A stretch of DNA of 63,822 bases, counting the filler, from Octopus bimaculoides (taxonomy: Eukaryota), in NCBI RefSeq assembly GCF_001194135.2. It is 4 parts of 4 records of this genome, joined end to end, with 100 filler letters (N's around TTAATTAATTAA, not from the genome) between each part and the next. Parts side by side here need not be neighbours in the genome. Positions count along the whole stretch, not along the records: positions 50,796 to 61,765 come from NC_068989.1; positions 61,866 to 63,822 come from NW_026415558.1; 2 more parts are not named here. The stretch is one strand, 5' to 3'. The position numbers and the translations under genes were made by a program. The notes beneath the pieces are model-generated. The model saw nothing but the letters and a program-made list of their open reading frames with translations, was not told the origin of the DNA and did not search any database. Numbering within the stretch: the first letter of the stretch is position 1; each line of letters begins with the position of its first letter. Below are positions 53,465-63,822 of the stretch, one piece after another.

Positions 53465-53950
53465 TTTTATGCGGCTTTAAGGCAGCGAGCTGGTGGGATC
53501 TTTAAAGCATCGGACTAATATGCCAAGTGATCTCTCTTCTGAATCATTACGTTCTAAGTTCAAATTCCGCAAAGTCGACTTTAATATTTCATCATTTCGG
53601 GGTCGATAAACTATACATCAGTTGATTACATCGGTCCTAGTCAATCTAATCAACTATAACATAGTCCCTAAAATCACTCTCATTGTACCAAAGTCTTAAA
53701 TAATTGTTTTATGCGGCTATAAAGTGGCGAGCTGTCAGAATCATTAGAGCATCGGAAAAATGCATTGCAGTATTTTGTTGCAGCTCTTTATATTCTGAGC
53801 TCGACTCTCCGAGGTCAACTTTGCTTTTCAGCCCTCTGTGATCGGCAAAAAAAAGGTATTACTCAAGTATGAGGGACATTGGTATTGACTAATTTCCTAC
53901 ATCAAAATTTCTGCCTTTGTGCCTTAATAAGAAAATGTTATATCTTTTTG
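53465..53950 (+). mobile_element. Two head-to-tail degenerate SINE family A copies
   Basis: Both are preceded by ttttatgcggct (53465 and 53707, offset 242), and both carry family A head, core and tail. Confidence 0.7.
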
Positions 53951-54032
53951 CAGCCTTAAACTAAGCCATTTTACATTCTCGGATTTTAAATTCTATTTAA
54001 GTCGTGTTTATCTTTTATTTTTACCACGACAG

Positions 54033-54085
54033 ATGTTGTATGAACTAGTTAAATACCTGAACGAAGTAATCGATCGTAACACCTG
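54033..54085 (+). CDS. Candidate internal coding exon C (53 nt, phase 0 to 2): MLYELVKYLNEVIDRNT(W)
   Basis: Acceptor tttatcttttatttttaccacgacAG, consensus donor TG|GTGAGT. Open frame with an amphipathic, protein-like pattern, in unique sequence between SINEs. Confidence 0.38.
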
Positions 54086-54116
54086 GTGAGTTTTCTGTCG
54101 ATATTCGAAATCATTA

Positions 54117-54318
54117 AGGCGGTAAGCTGGCAGAATCGTTAGCACGCTGGATAAAGTGCTTAGCGGCATTTCGTCCGGTCTGAGTTCTGAGTTCAAACCA
54201 AGGTCGACTTTCCCTTTCATCTTTTCGGAGTCGATAAAATAAGTACCAGCTGAGGACTGTAATTGACTTACTTATCTCCTGACGAAATTTCTAGTCTTGT
54301 GCCAAAATTTAAAACCAA
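54117..54318 (+). mobile_element. SINE family A, full length
   Basis: ggcggtaagctggcagaatcgttagc...ctgagttcaaaccaaggtcgacttt...gtcgataaaataagtacc...cttgtgccaaaattt. Confidence 0.85.
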
Positions 54319-54476
54319 TATTCAATGGACCCCGGTTGAGAACCACTTGTTAAGATGAATAAATGTCCCCAGTATTTATTCTTTTTAAATCTAGTACTTA
54401 TAGTGAAGTTACATGTATGTAAACACACCAACACACACCTATACGCACGCACACACACAAACACAAACACACACAC

Positions 54477-54553
<77 letters not shown>

Positions 54554-54714
54554 GAAATATTGCATTTCTAAATCTCTCAGAGAGACTTATACAATAGCAG
54601 CACGATAAAGTGATGGTTTGTTGCCAACTTACTGTGACAGTCCCAGGAAAGGGAAGAATGCTACCGCCACCCAGCCCCATGAAACACCGTTTCCAGTTAT
54701 ATATACACGACGGT

Positions 54715-54865
54715 CTTCTATTTTTCCGTCTACCAAACACGCACACAAGGGATTGGTCCACCCAGAGCTAATGAGAAGACGCCACCCCAAAAAGATGCAC
54801 AATGAGATTGAACCCGTAACCAAGTGGTGGAAAAGGAACTCTTTAAACACAGAGAAGTGCCTGCG
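54715..54865 (-). mobile_element. SINE family B head/CORE half, degenerate
   Basis: tttccgtctaccaaacacgcacacaagggattggtc...gattgaacccgtaaccaagtgg matches the reverse complement of 49526-49690. Confidence 0.65.
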
Positions 54866-54905
54866 TCTGTGACGTTATTGACATCTGCCGAATATATACT
54901 GTATC

Positions 54906-54954
<49 letters not shown>

Positions 54955-56399
54955 NNNNNNNNNNNNNNNNNNNNNNNNNNNNNNNNNNNNNNNNNNNNNN
55001 NNNNNNNNNNNNNNNNNNNNNNNNNNNNNNNNNNNNNNNNNNNNNNNNNNNNNNNNNNNNNNNNNNNNNNNNNNNNNNNNNNNNNNNNNNNNNNNNNNNN
55101 NNNNNNNNNNNNNNNNNNNNNNNNNNNNNNNNNNNNNNNNNNNNNNNNNNNNNNNNNNNNNNNNNNNNNNNNNNNNNNNNNNNNNNNNNNNNNNNNTGTG
55201 TGTGTGTGTGTGTGTGTGTAGATATCTTTTAATGAAATATGGCAAATATTTAAACAGTAACTTCGAAAAAGTTATACTCTCCAACCTAAATAGGTTCTAC
55301 TTTCGAAAGCATAGTCTCTGGCACGGAGATAATAATGTGCAAAATTAATCAATGTTTCTCCCATAGGTTTGTACTTTATATGATCAAACGAATTGAATTG
55401 TTCTATAATCCGTTACTGCCTTAGAGCATTACAAAATCTTTTGTCTGATTATATAGACGTATGGACTACTCTTAATGTTTTTGTTATAAATCAGTTTCCA
55501 TTCTATCCAATTCATCAATTTAACCCATCTTTTGAAAAATAATGCGAATTTTAAGAAATTCGCCATAAGCCACTCCTGTTTTGTAAAGAAACTTACAATG
55601 GTTTGTTGTATTTCGTCAATGCCAGTATTGCCAAAACAGTTTCTACTTTACTCGTGTGATAGAGAAAACACATTAATACGTGTTGCCTGAGATGCATGAA
55701 AATGTCTGCTTGGAAATAATCTATAAACTTATTTCAGAAACAACATATAGATGTATTTAAAGTAGTTCAGAAGAATAAACTAATCGATTTTTCACCGATC
55801 AAGTGATCAAAGAAATTTATGCCTCAAAGTAATGCAGTAACTGCTTTAGATCGGATTTACAGTAACAACCGATTGATATCGGCAATTTAAATATAAATAT
55901 AACCTATTTTCTGAAATATATTAAGGTCCATTCAATGTAAGACAGAATCTGTAGATACGAACCTTCATTATAATCACGAAATTGTTCACACATCAACTAA
56001 TACTTAAAGACACAAGAAAATTTTCCTACTCGTGTTTTATGCATAGAAAACAAATGTGCAAGCTAATGTAACCAAAGTGGTGGAATAATCAATTAAATTT
56101 ATAAAAATTCTGAGAAAAAAAAAACAAGTGTTGTAGAAGTTATTTTCTCAAAAGAGAAAAGGGAGAAAACTTTTGAAATTTCAGTTAACTAAAAATTAAA
56201 TGGAGACACATAAGATGATAAGTATGATCTTTAGTAATTATGGTACCAATTCCAGACACATTTCCGTATCATTAGGCTTTCTCTACGGAGCATATTTCAC
56301 TCGAGATTTACAGGTTGTAACTTTAATTGATACAAAATTATTTCCTGCGCACCACCTTAAATATATTAGCCTGCATGTAAATGATATTTAAGTAAACTT

Positions 56400-56900
56400 C
56401 TTGGAAATAAATTCTGGACTGTCAAAATCAAACCAAAGAGAACATCATCTGATGGGAAATGGTCCATAGCAGCAAAACAGTTGAATATTGTTTCAACAGC
56501 GCTCTCAGACTAGGACATTGCTGAACTAACTATGTATGGTATTAAGCGAACTATTGGTTTCTACCCCATCAGGAGGACTCAAACCATATCCAGCTTGAAT
56601 TTCAACAAAGCAAAATGGGAATCAATCCGCAAAGAGATCCTGAAGCGAAACTGGTCCAACATTCTATGTATGCAAGACATTGACTTGCAACTCAGTCAGT
56701 TTATGTCAACAGTGCAAGATATATGCAATAGATGTACCGCGGAAAGAAAGGCCAACAGGGATATAAAAATCCTAATGAGACGCAGATCAAAGGTCTCAAA
56801 CCGATTAAATAGGCAACTGAAGGATAGGGAGAAGTGTATTTTTATACGGATACTCCTAGAAATCGAAAACAAGATCAAGCCGTCTCATGAAAAGGAGAAA

Positions 56901-56939
<39 letters not shown>

Positions 56940-58895
56940 NNNNNNNNNNAGAGAGAGAGAGAAAGAAAGGGAAAACAGAGCTGTGGAAAGCATAAAGGCA
57001 AACCCTAAAGCTTTCGATAAATTCGCAAAGGAAACAGCTACAATACAATATAAAATAGGACCATTGCTTCAAGGGAATGGCTTACTGACCACGGACCCTG
57101 AAAAGATAAGTAAAGTACTCAGTGAACAATTTAAAAGTGTCTTCACCTCGCCACTGGGACACATGCAAATAAAAAACCCGGTTGAATTCTTTAATATTGC
57201 AGCCCTACTAATGAAGGCCCCATGCATCGATTACATCAACATTGAGGAGACAGATGTAACAGCGGCCATAGATGAAATGAGCTCAAGCTCAACAACTGGT
57301 CCCGATGACTTCACAGCAAGTCTCCTCAAGTCATGTAAGCAGCCTTTAGCGAAACCACTTCAGATACTTTTCCAGAGTTACTTCGAGAGTGGTAAACTTC
57401 TTAAAAAAGGCATTATAAGCTCTATCTACAAAGGTGAGAGTAAAGCTGAGGCCAAAAACTATAGGACAATCTTTCTGACTACATATATCAGTAAAGACAT
57501 GGAACGAATCATCAGGAAGAAACTGATGGTATTCCTAGACGAAAATGACTTGCTGAACGATACACAGCATAGCTTTCGTTCAAGAAGCTGCCCCATACAG
57601 CTCTTACAGCACTATGCCTGGGTTTGAAACAGCTGCTTGACTATTCAGGTGTCAGTGTGATATATCTTGACTTTGCAAAAGCATTTGTTATGGTTGATCA
57701 TGGCATGATATGTCATAAGCTGCGAAACTTTTGCATTATTTGTGAACTGGGAGAGTGACTGCAGGACCTTTTTAAAGACAAGTAAGGCAGTTGCAGCCAA
57801 TGGTGCCCTTTCTGTGGAAACTCAAATTCTAAGTGACGTCCTCCAGGGAACTGCCTTGGGACAGTTACTGTTTATAATAGCCCTCTTATATATGTCTATG
57901 GTTACGTGGGCAGCCATTGTCACTAGCTACGCCGGTAATACAGACGATAGAAAATCCAGACGTCGTCACTAGCCTACAACGGGACCTGAATGCAATATAC
58001 AAGTGGGTTGAAGTAAACGACATGCAGTTTAATGATAAAAAATTTCAAGCACTGCATTATTAGCTCACGAATGCACAGCAGGCTGCATATACAGGACGAG
58101 AAGGCACGACAATCCTAGAGTCACAAGCAATGAAAGACTTGAGGATCAGCATGTGCAATGATGCATCATTTCATATGCACATTATCAAGATAGCTGCGGA
58201 ATGCAAACAACTGGCAAGTTTCTTTAAGACAAGAGACCAAGAAGTTGTGTTGACCCTATGAAGGCCCTTTGTTCTCAGCTGCCTGGACTACTGCTCTCAG
58301 CTATGGTCACCACATAGTGCCAAAGTAACAGCGGAGCATTCCAACGCTATTACAGATTGAAACAGTGCAGCGGTGAGCTACAGGGAGAGGCTGAAAAAAC
58401 TATGTTTATACTCCCTCGTGCGATGCCACGATATATATGTAGAAATCTACATATGAAAAATTCTAGAAGAGCTAGTATCAAATTTCGGCATTGAATGTTA
58501 TACAAATGCCAAAACTGGACGCCATTGTATTGTATCAAAGGTACCATCTACTCCATCTAAATTCAGGACAAGATTCAAAGACCCACAGCTCTTCAATACC
58601 CTGCCACAAAAATTAAGAAATCTACATAATGTGGATGTAGATGTCTTCAAAAAGGAACCAGACATCCTCCTTTTCACAATACCAGATGAACCAACGGCCC
58701 GGCACGAAGTACAGATGAGAGCAGCGGAATCAAACACCCTCATACACCAAATGAGTCAACAGCTACGACAAAGGCACATACAAAGGTTGTGATGTGAAAA
58801 CCCCTAGACAGAAGAAATCAGCAAAACTACGGTGGTGTTCCACCATGACCGCCGCTGTACGGCTGAAACGAATAAAAAATAAAAGAAAAAGAATA
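56400..58895 (+). mobile_element. CR1/L2-group LINE, degenerate ORF2 (post-endonuclease region, RT, C-terminus) and 3' UTR
   Basis: LNFNKAKW; TTGPDDF; KAEAKNYRTIFLT; TQHSFRSRSC; IYLDFAKAF; SDVLQGTALGQLLFII; YAGNT (decayed YADD); PQLFNTLPQKLRN...PDEP. Multiple stops and frameshifts; a (GA)n expansion sits at about 56905-56965. Confidence 0.9.
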
Positions 58896-58903
58896 TATAT
58901 ATT

Positions 58904-58940
<37 letters not shown>

Positions 58941-58942
58941 CC

Positions 58943-59001
<59 letters not shown>

Positions 59002-59766
59002 TTTGTGTGTGTGTGTGTTTGTGTGTGTGTGTACACGGTTGGAAATACATCTATTTCATAGTTCATACAAATAGCTTAGAGATAACAGAAGAGGTGTAGC
59101 ACAATTTCAAATATATCGCTTTCCAGCCATTGTTTGTATTTCTGATGAACATTTGATAGCAACCGCAAGGAAAGAATCTGAAACTAAAAATACTCCAACA
59201 CTTTATGTTAGACATAAACGTTCAGATAACACCACTTAAATTATGAAATGCTGGAATTGGTTCGCCATTAACTTTGTTACGTCGCTAAACAGTTCGTTGC
59301 TAAGAAATAGAATTGTGTCATCTAGCAAACAAAATTTTCTCTTTCGGATTACTCTCCTCAAGGCATCATTAGCTGCACTAGATATCTCACGAATATTGGA
59401 AAATGTCAACTTCATTGCAGTGACTGGAAACTGCGGCACATGGCTATGCATCATAAGAATTTCGCATAAACTTCAATTAATGTCGATGCAATCTTAGCAT
59501 TTGTCTTCAGCCTTAACGCCAAGACTATTTTTCATTTTCAAATTATCCAGCAAAAGGACATCAAAATCTATTTAATAAAATGTGCTCTCGACTTTTCTCT
59601 GATAAACTCTCCTCCTGGGTGTTAATTTATTTAGTTTTACCTTTCATAACCTTCTTCTATGACTGTTAAACTCCGAACATCGTTGGCAATGAACATGAAG
59701 TTCAGCAATTTTGAATAAACGTCAAAGAAAATAGATAAAATTAATGCCGTCTTACGTTTAATGATA

Positions 59767-59811
<45 letters not shown>

Positions 59812-60269
59812 NNNNNNNNNNNNNNNNNNNNNNNNNNNNNNNNNNNNNNNNNNNNNNNNNNNNNNNNNNNNNNNNNNNNNNNNNNNNNNNNNNNNNNNNN
59901 NNNNNNNNNNNNNNNNNNNNNNNNNNNNNNNNNNNNNNNNNNNNNNNNNNNNNNNNNNNNNNNNNNNNNNNNNNNNNNNNNNNNNNNNNNNNNNNNNNNN
60001 NNNNNNNNNNNNNNNNNNNNNNNNNNNNNNNNNNNNNNNNNNNNNNNNNNNNNNNNNNNNNNNNNNNNNNNNNNNNNNNNNNNNNNNNNNNNNNNNNNNN
60101 NNNNNNNNNNNNNNNNNNNNNNNNNNNNNNNATATATATATATATATATATATATATAAGTAAGTATAAATGTGCGCACGCATGTTTTGTATTATGATAT
60201 CCATGTGCGTATGTATGTAATTATATATGTATGTTTGTACGTACATACGCACATACGTATGTATGTATG

Positions 60270-60303
<34 letters not shown>

Positions 60304-60689
60304 TGTATGCATGTATGTATGTATGTGTGCATACGTGCGTGTGCGTGAGGGTGTGTGCGTTTCTCTGGATTGTCGGCGCTGAAATGTAATGCTTGGAACT
60401 GTCGAGTCATGAAATATTTATGTTGACCTTTCGGCGGAATAAAATTCACCTCCGATGAAATGCAAGTTTGCAAAAGTATTCTGTTTATATATATATGCAT
60501 ATAGGAAATATCATACCGTTAATGGGAAATAATTATTTTAAGTATTGTGGCTTTATTGCTTGCTCAAAGAACGCTAGTTCTGTCTCGTCTTTTGCTGCTA
60601 TGGTGATGAAGAAGTGTCGAATGGTTTATTACTAATGAAATATATTTGACCGCTTTCATGTTGCTATGGTAATAAAGAATATTGGTTTC

Positions 60690-60840
60690 AGATTTTGGCA
60701 CCCCCTACAGTTTGGTGGAAGAGAGTAAGTTGATTACATCGAACCCGGTGTTCAACTGGTACTTATATTATCGACTCTGAAAGGATGAAAAGCAAAGTCG
60801 ATCTCGATGGAATTTGAACTCAGAACATAAAGACGAACGA
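60690..60840 (-). mobile_element. SINE family A (older tail type), 5' end replaced by the adjacent younger copy
   Basis: gattttggcaccccctacag...gattacatcgaacccggtg...ctggtacttatattatcgactctgaaaggatg...ggaatttgaactcag. Confidence 0.8.
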
Positions 60841-61075
60841 TTCTTATTTCTTTATTGCCCACAAGGGTCTAAACGTAGAGGGGACAAACAAGGACAGACA
60901 AACGGAGTAAGTCGATTACATCGATCACCGTGCGTAACTGGTACTTAATTTATCGACCCCGAAAGGATGAAACGCAAAGTCGACCTCGTCGGAATTTGAA
61001 CTCAGAACGTAACGGCAGACGAGATACCGCTAAGCATTTCGCCCAGCATGCTAACGATTCTGCCAGCTCACCGCC
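60841..61075 (-). mobile_element. SINE family A, full length, alternative 3' tail
   Basis: Same head and core as other A copies, but the tail reads tttgtctgtccttgtttgtcccctctacgtttagacccttgtgggcaataaagaaataagaa. Confidence 0.9.
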
Positions 61076-61131
61076 ATGGTAATAAACAATATTACCCTAT
61101 CATCAGAAAAAGCTAATTGAAATTCATTAAA

Positions 61132-61690
61132 ATGACAGATCTCTCGGACTTTCAAAGAGGTCAAATTGTTGGTGCTCGCATAGTAGGCGTTAGCGTAGCG
61201 AAAACAGCCAAAATGTTTGGTGTATCAAGAAGTACTGTCTCGAAATAATGACAGCCTTTGAGAAAGATGGAAAAACCTCTTTGTCGAAACAAAACTCCAG
61301 AAGAAAACCAAAACTTTCAGATAGGGACCGTCGGACTCTTGTGCGAATTGTTAGAAAGGATCACAAAAGTACAGCTCCCGAAATTACTGCAGAGCTTAAT
61401 GACCACCTCCAGAACCCAGCTTCTACCAAACTGTTCGCCGGGAGCTGTACAAAGTCGGATTTCACGGGAGGGCAGCAATCAGAAAACCACTACCTTCAAA
61501 AACAAATGTTGCAAAGCGTTTAGAGTGGAGTAAAAACCTACAGAAGTGGTCCCTAGAGCAGTGGATAACTGTTATTTTCTCGAACGTGTCATCCTTTACC
61601 TTATTTCTGAACACTGTCCGAGTATATGTGTGGAGACAGCCAAAAGAAGCATTTGAACCAGACTACCTTTTTCCAACTGTTAAACATGGA
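61132..61690 (+). mobile_element. Tc1-family transposase pseudogene fragment (N-terminal HTH domains to first catalytic-domain motif)
   Basis: MTDLSDFQRGQIVGARIVGVSVAKTAKMFGVSRSTVSK / RKPKLSDRDRRTLVRIVRKD...TVRRELYKVGFHGRAAIRKPL...WSLEQWITVIFS...VYVWRQPKEAFEPDYLFPTVKHG, with frameshifts. Confidence 0.9.
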
Positions 61691-61765
61691 AGACACTTTA
61701 TTTCACGTTGCTCCAGTTCACTCAGCAGTAGAAATGAGTTTCGACGTAACTGGTGCCAAGCTGTA
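61690..61765 (+). mobile_element. CORE-type SINE (family C-like) fragment
   Basis: agacactttatttcacgttgctccagttcactcagc matches 18362-18400. Confidence 0.7.
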
Positions 61766-61865
61766 NNNNNNNNNNNNNNNNNNNNNNNNNNNNNNNNNNN
61801 NNNNNNNNNTTAATTAATTAANNNNNNNNNNNNNNNNNNNNNNNNNNNNNNNNNNNNNNNNNNNN
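61766..61865. other. Synthetic scaffold-join spacer 44N-TTAATTAATTAA-44N
   Basis: Same 100-bp structure as 30324-30423. Confidence 0.95.
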
Positions 61866-62166
61866 GTGTGTGTGAGCGTGTGTATGTGCGTGTGTGTCTG
61901 TTTGTGTGCTTGTGTGTGTATGTGTGTTTCTGCATTTGTTTGTGCGCAAAATTGTGCTTTCCAATTCCATTGTCTTAGCTTCAGTCCTCAGGTGAGTGTT
62001 TTGTAAAATCGCTCCGGGCCGAGAAAGCATTTTAAGAGATCGTTAAGAACCAGTTGTAATTTCCTCTGTACGAACTATGCTTCCAACGTCAGTTCATGTG
62101 AACGTTAGATTTTTACTCTTTCAGACCTCTTCAAAGCTGTGCCCTTCTATATACACGCATACTTAC

Positions 62167-62227
<61 letters not shown>

Positions 62228-62669
62228 TTATAAATACTTATAATGTGCGTGTCCGTACCTGTGTCTGTTATGCCCTCTCGTACGCACTCTTAGACAGTTA
62301 TCACTTTCTTTATCTTACCTTATTTTTCGAAATGTAGCACTAAATTTGAATAGAAAATTCATAAGCAAATTTCAAAATACTGACTTTTCAGAGGAATGAT
62401 TTCTTTAGGTAGTGAATTATAAATGTACACTTGATATGTATTAAAAATTTATTTTCCATTTGTACACTTGTATTCTCGTTGATCTGATGCTTTCACGACA
62501 AGGCAAGATTATGTAATTTACAGGGTTAAGCTGTTTTACCAAACGATTACAAAAAAAAAAAAAGAATATATACTCAAACTTATTAAACATTGAAACAACG
62601 CATACAAACATATCTGGATGTTGTATATTGAAACCAATCATATATACATACATACATATATATATATAC

Positions 62670-62715
<46 letters not shown>

Positions 62716-63584
62716 ATATGTATACATGTCTCTTAAAGGATAGAGCTCAAAATCAATGCATTGAAGATACTTTATTGCAGCAACAACTATAATAACAGAA
62801 ACAACCACAATAAGCCAAACCTATGCACATTTCAATAGGGTATCCCGGATAAATAAACCACATCATNNNNNNNNNNNNNNNNNNNNNNNNNNNNNNNNNN
62901 NNNNNNNNNNNNNNNNNNNNNNNNNNNNNNNNNNNNNNNNNNNNNNNNNNNNNNNNNNNNNNNNNNNNNNNNNNNNNNNNNNNNNNNNNNNNNNNNNNNN
63001 NNNNNNNNNNNNNNNNNNNNNNNNNNNNNNNNNNNNNNNNNNNNNNNNNNNNNNNNNNNNNNNNNNNNNNNNNNNNNNNNNNNNNNNNNNNNNNNNNNNN
63101 NNNNNNNNNNNNNNNNNNNNNNNNNNNNNNNNNNNNNNNNNNNNNNNNNNNNNNNNNNNNNNNNNNNNNNNNNNNNNNNNNNNNNNNNNNNNNNNNNNNN
63201 NNNNNNNNNNNNNNNNNNNNNNNNNNNNNNNNNNNNNNNNNNNNNNNNNNNNNNNNNNNNNNNNNNNNNNNNNNNNNNNNNNNNNNNNNNNNNNNNNNNN
63301 NNNNNNNNNNNNNNNNNNNNNNNNNNNNNNNNNNNNNNNNNNNNNNNNNNNNNNNNNNNNNNATATGTATGTATATATTTACATATGTATCAGCTAAGTG
63401 TTCATTAGATATAAGGACATATAGGACGCCAGGAACGACCGGGCACTTAGTGTCGAGCTCACAGTACGTTAAAGCAAATCTTAGTTCCCGTTTGTTGGTA
63501 CTACAGTAAATCACTCGCCATATCCGCAGTTCACCTATTCTGGACTCCTCAGTATATCGCAGGAAACTGCGGCCGATATGTATA

Positions 63585-63822
63585 CTCTTTTACTCTTTTA
63601 CTTGTTTCAGTCATTTGACTGCGGCCATGCTGGAGCACCGCCTTTAGTCGAGCAAATCAATCCCAGGACTTATTCTTTGTAAGCATAGTACTTATTCTAT
63701 CGGTCTCTTTTGCCGAACCGCTAAGTTACGGGGACGTAAACACACCAGCATCGCTTGTCAAGAGATGATGGGGGGGACAAACACAGACACACCAACATAT
63801 ACACACACACACATACATACAT
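63585..63822 (-). mobile_element. SINE family B tail module D, running into the internal microsatellite at the window edge
   Basis: tactcttttacttgtttcagtcatttgactgcggccatgctggagcaccgcc...cttttgccgaaccgctaagttacggggacgtaaacacaccagcatc...gggggacaaacacagacacac. Confidence 0.85.

Overview
Eukaryotic, AT-rich, microsatellite-saturated draft-assembly window with many N gaps and no confidently identifiable host gene, RNA gene or CRISPR array. The SINE families and repeat landscape resemble Octopus; this is inferred from recall, not from a database search. The window holds four separately assembled segments (1-30323, 30424-50695, 50796-61765, 61866-63822) joined by identical synthetic 100-bp spacers (44 N + TTAATTAATTAA + 44 N). 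Recognisable content is almost all decayed mobile DNA: RTE-clade LINE pieces, a ~2.5-kb CR1/L2-group LINE, three R4/Dong-type LINE fragments clustered in (AAT)n, two mariner and one Tc1 transposase remnants, Tigger/pogo-like and piggyBac-like MITEs, a 334-bp foldback element, a possible non-autonomous Helitron end, and three tRNA-derived SINE families. The most interesting observations are: (1) a composite SINE built as tRNA head + CORE-like segment + internal microsatellite + a 3' tail shared with the CR1/L2-group LINE in the same window; (2) recurrent convergent inversions inside unrelated transposons, with a near codon-continuous breakpoint in the mariner at 27.2 kb; (3) stacked R4/Dong fragments in a TAA microsatellite; and (4) a tentative chain of phase-compatible plus-strand exons of an unidentified gene. 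I found no convincing novel biological system beyond these leads.
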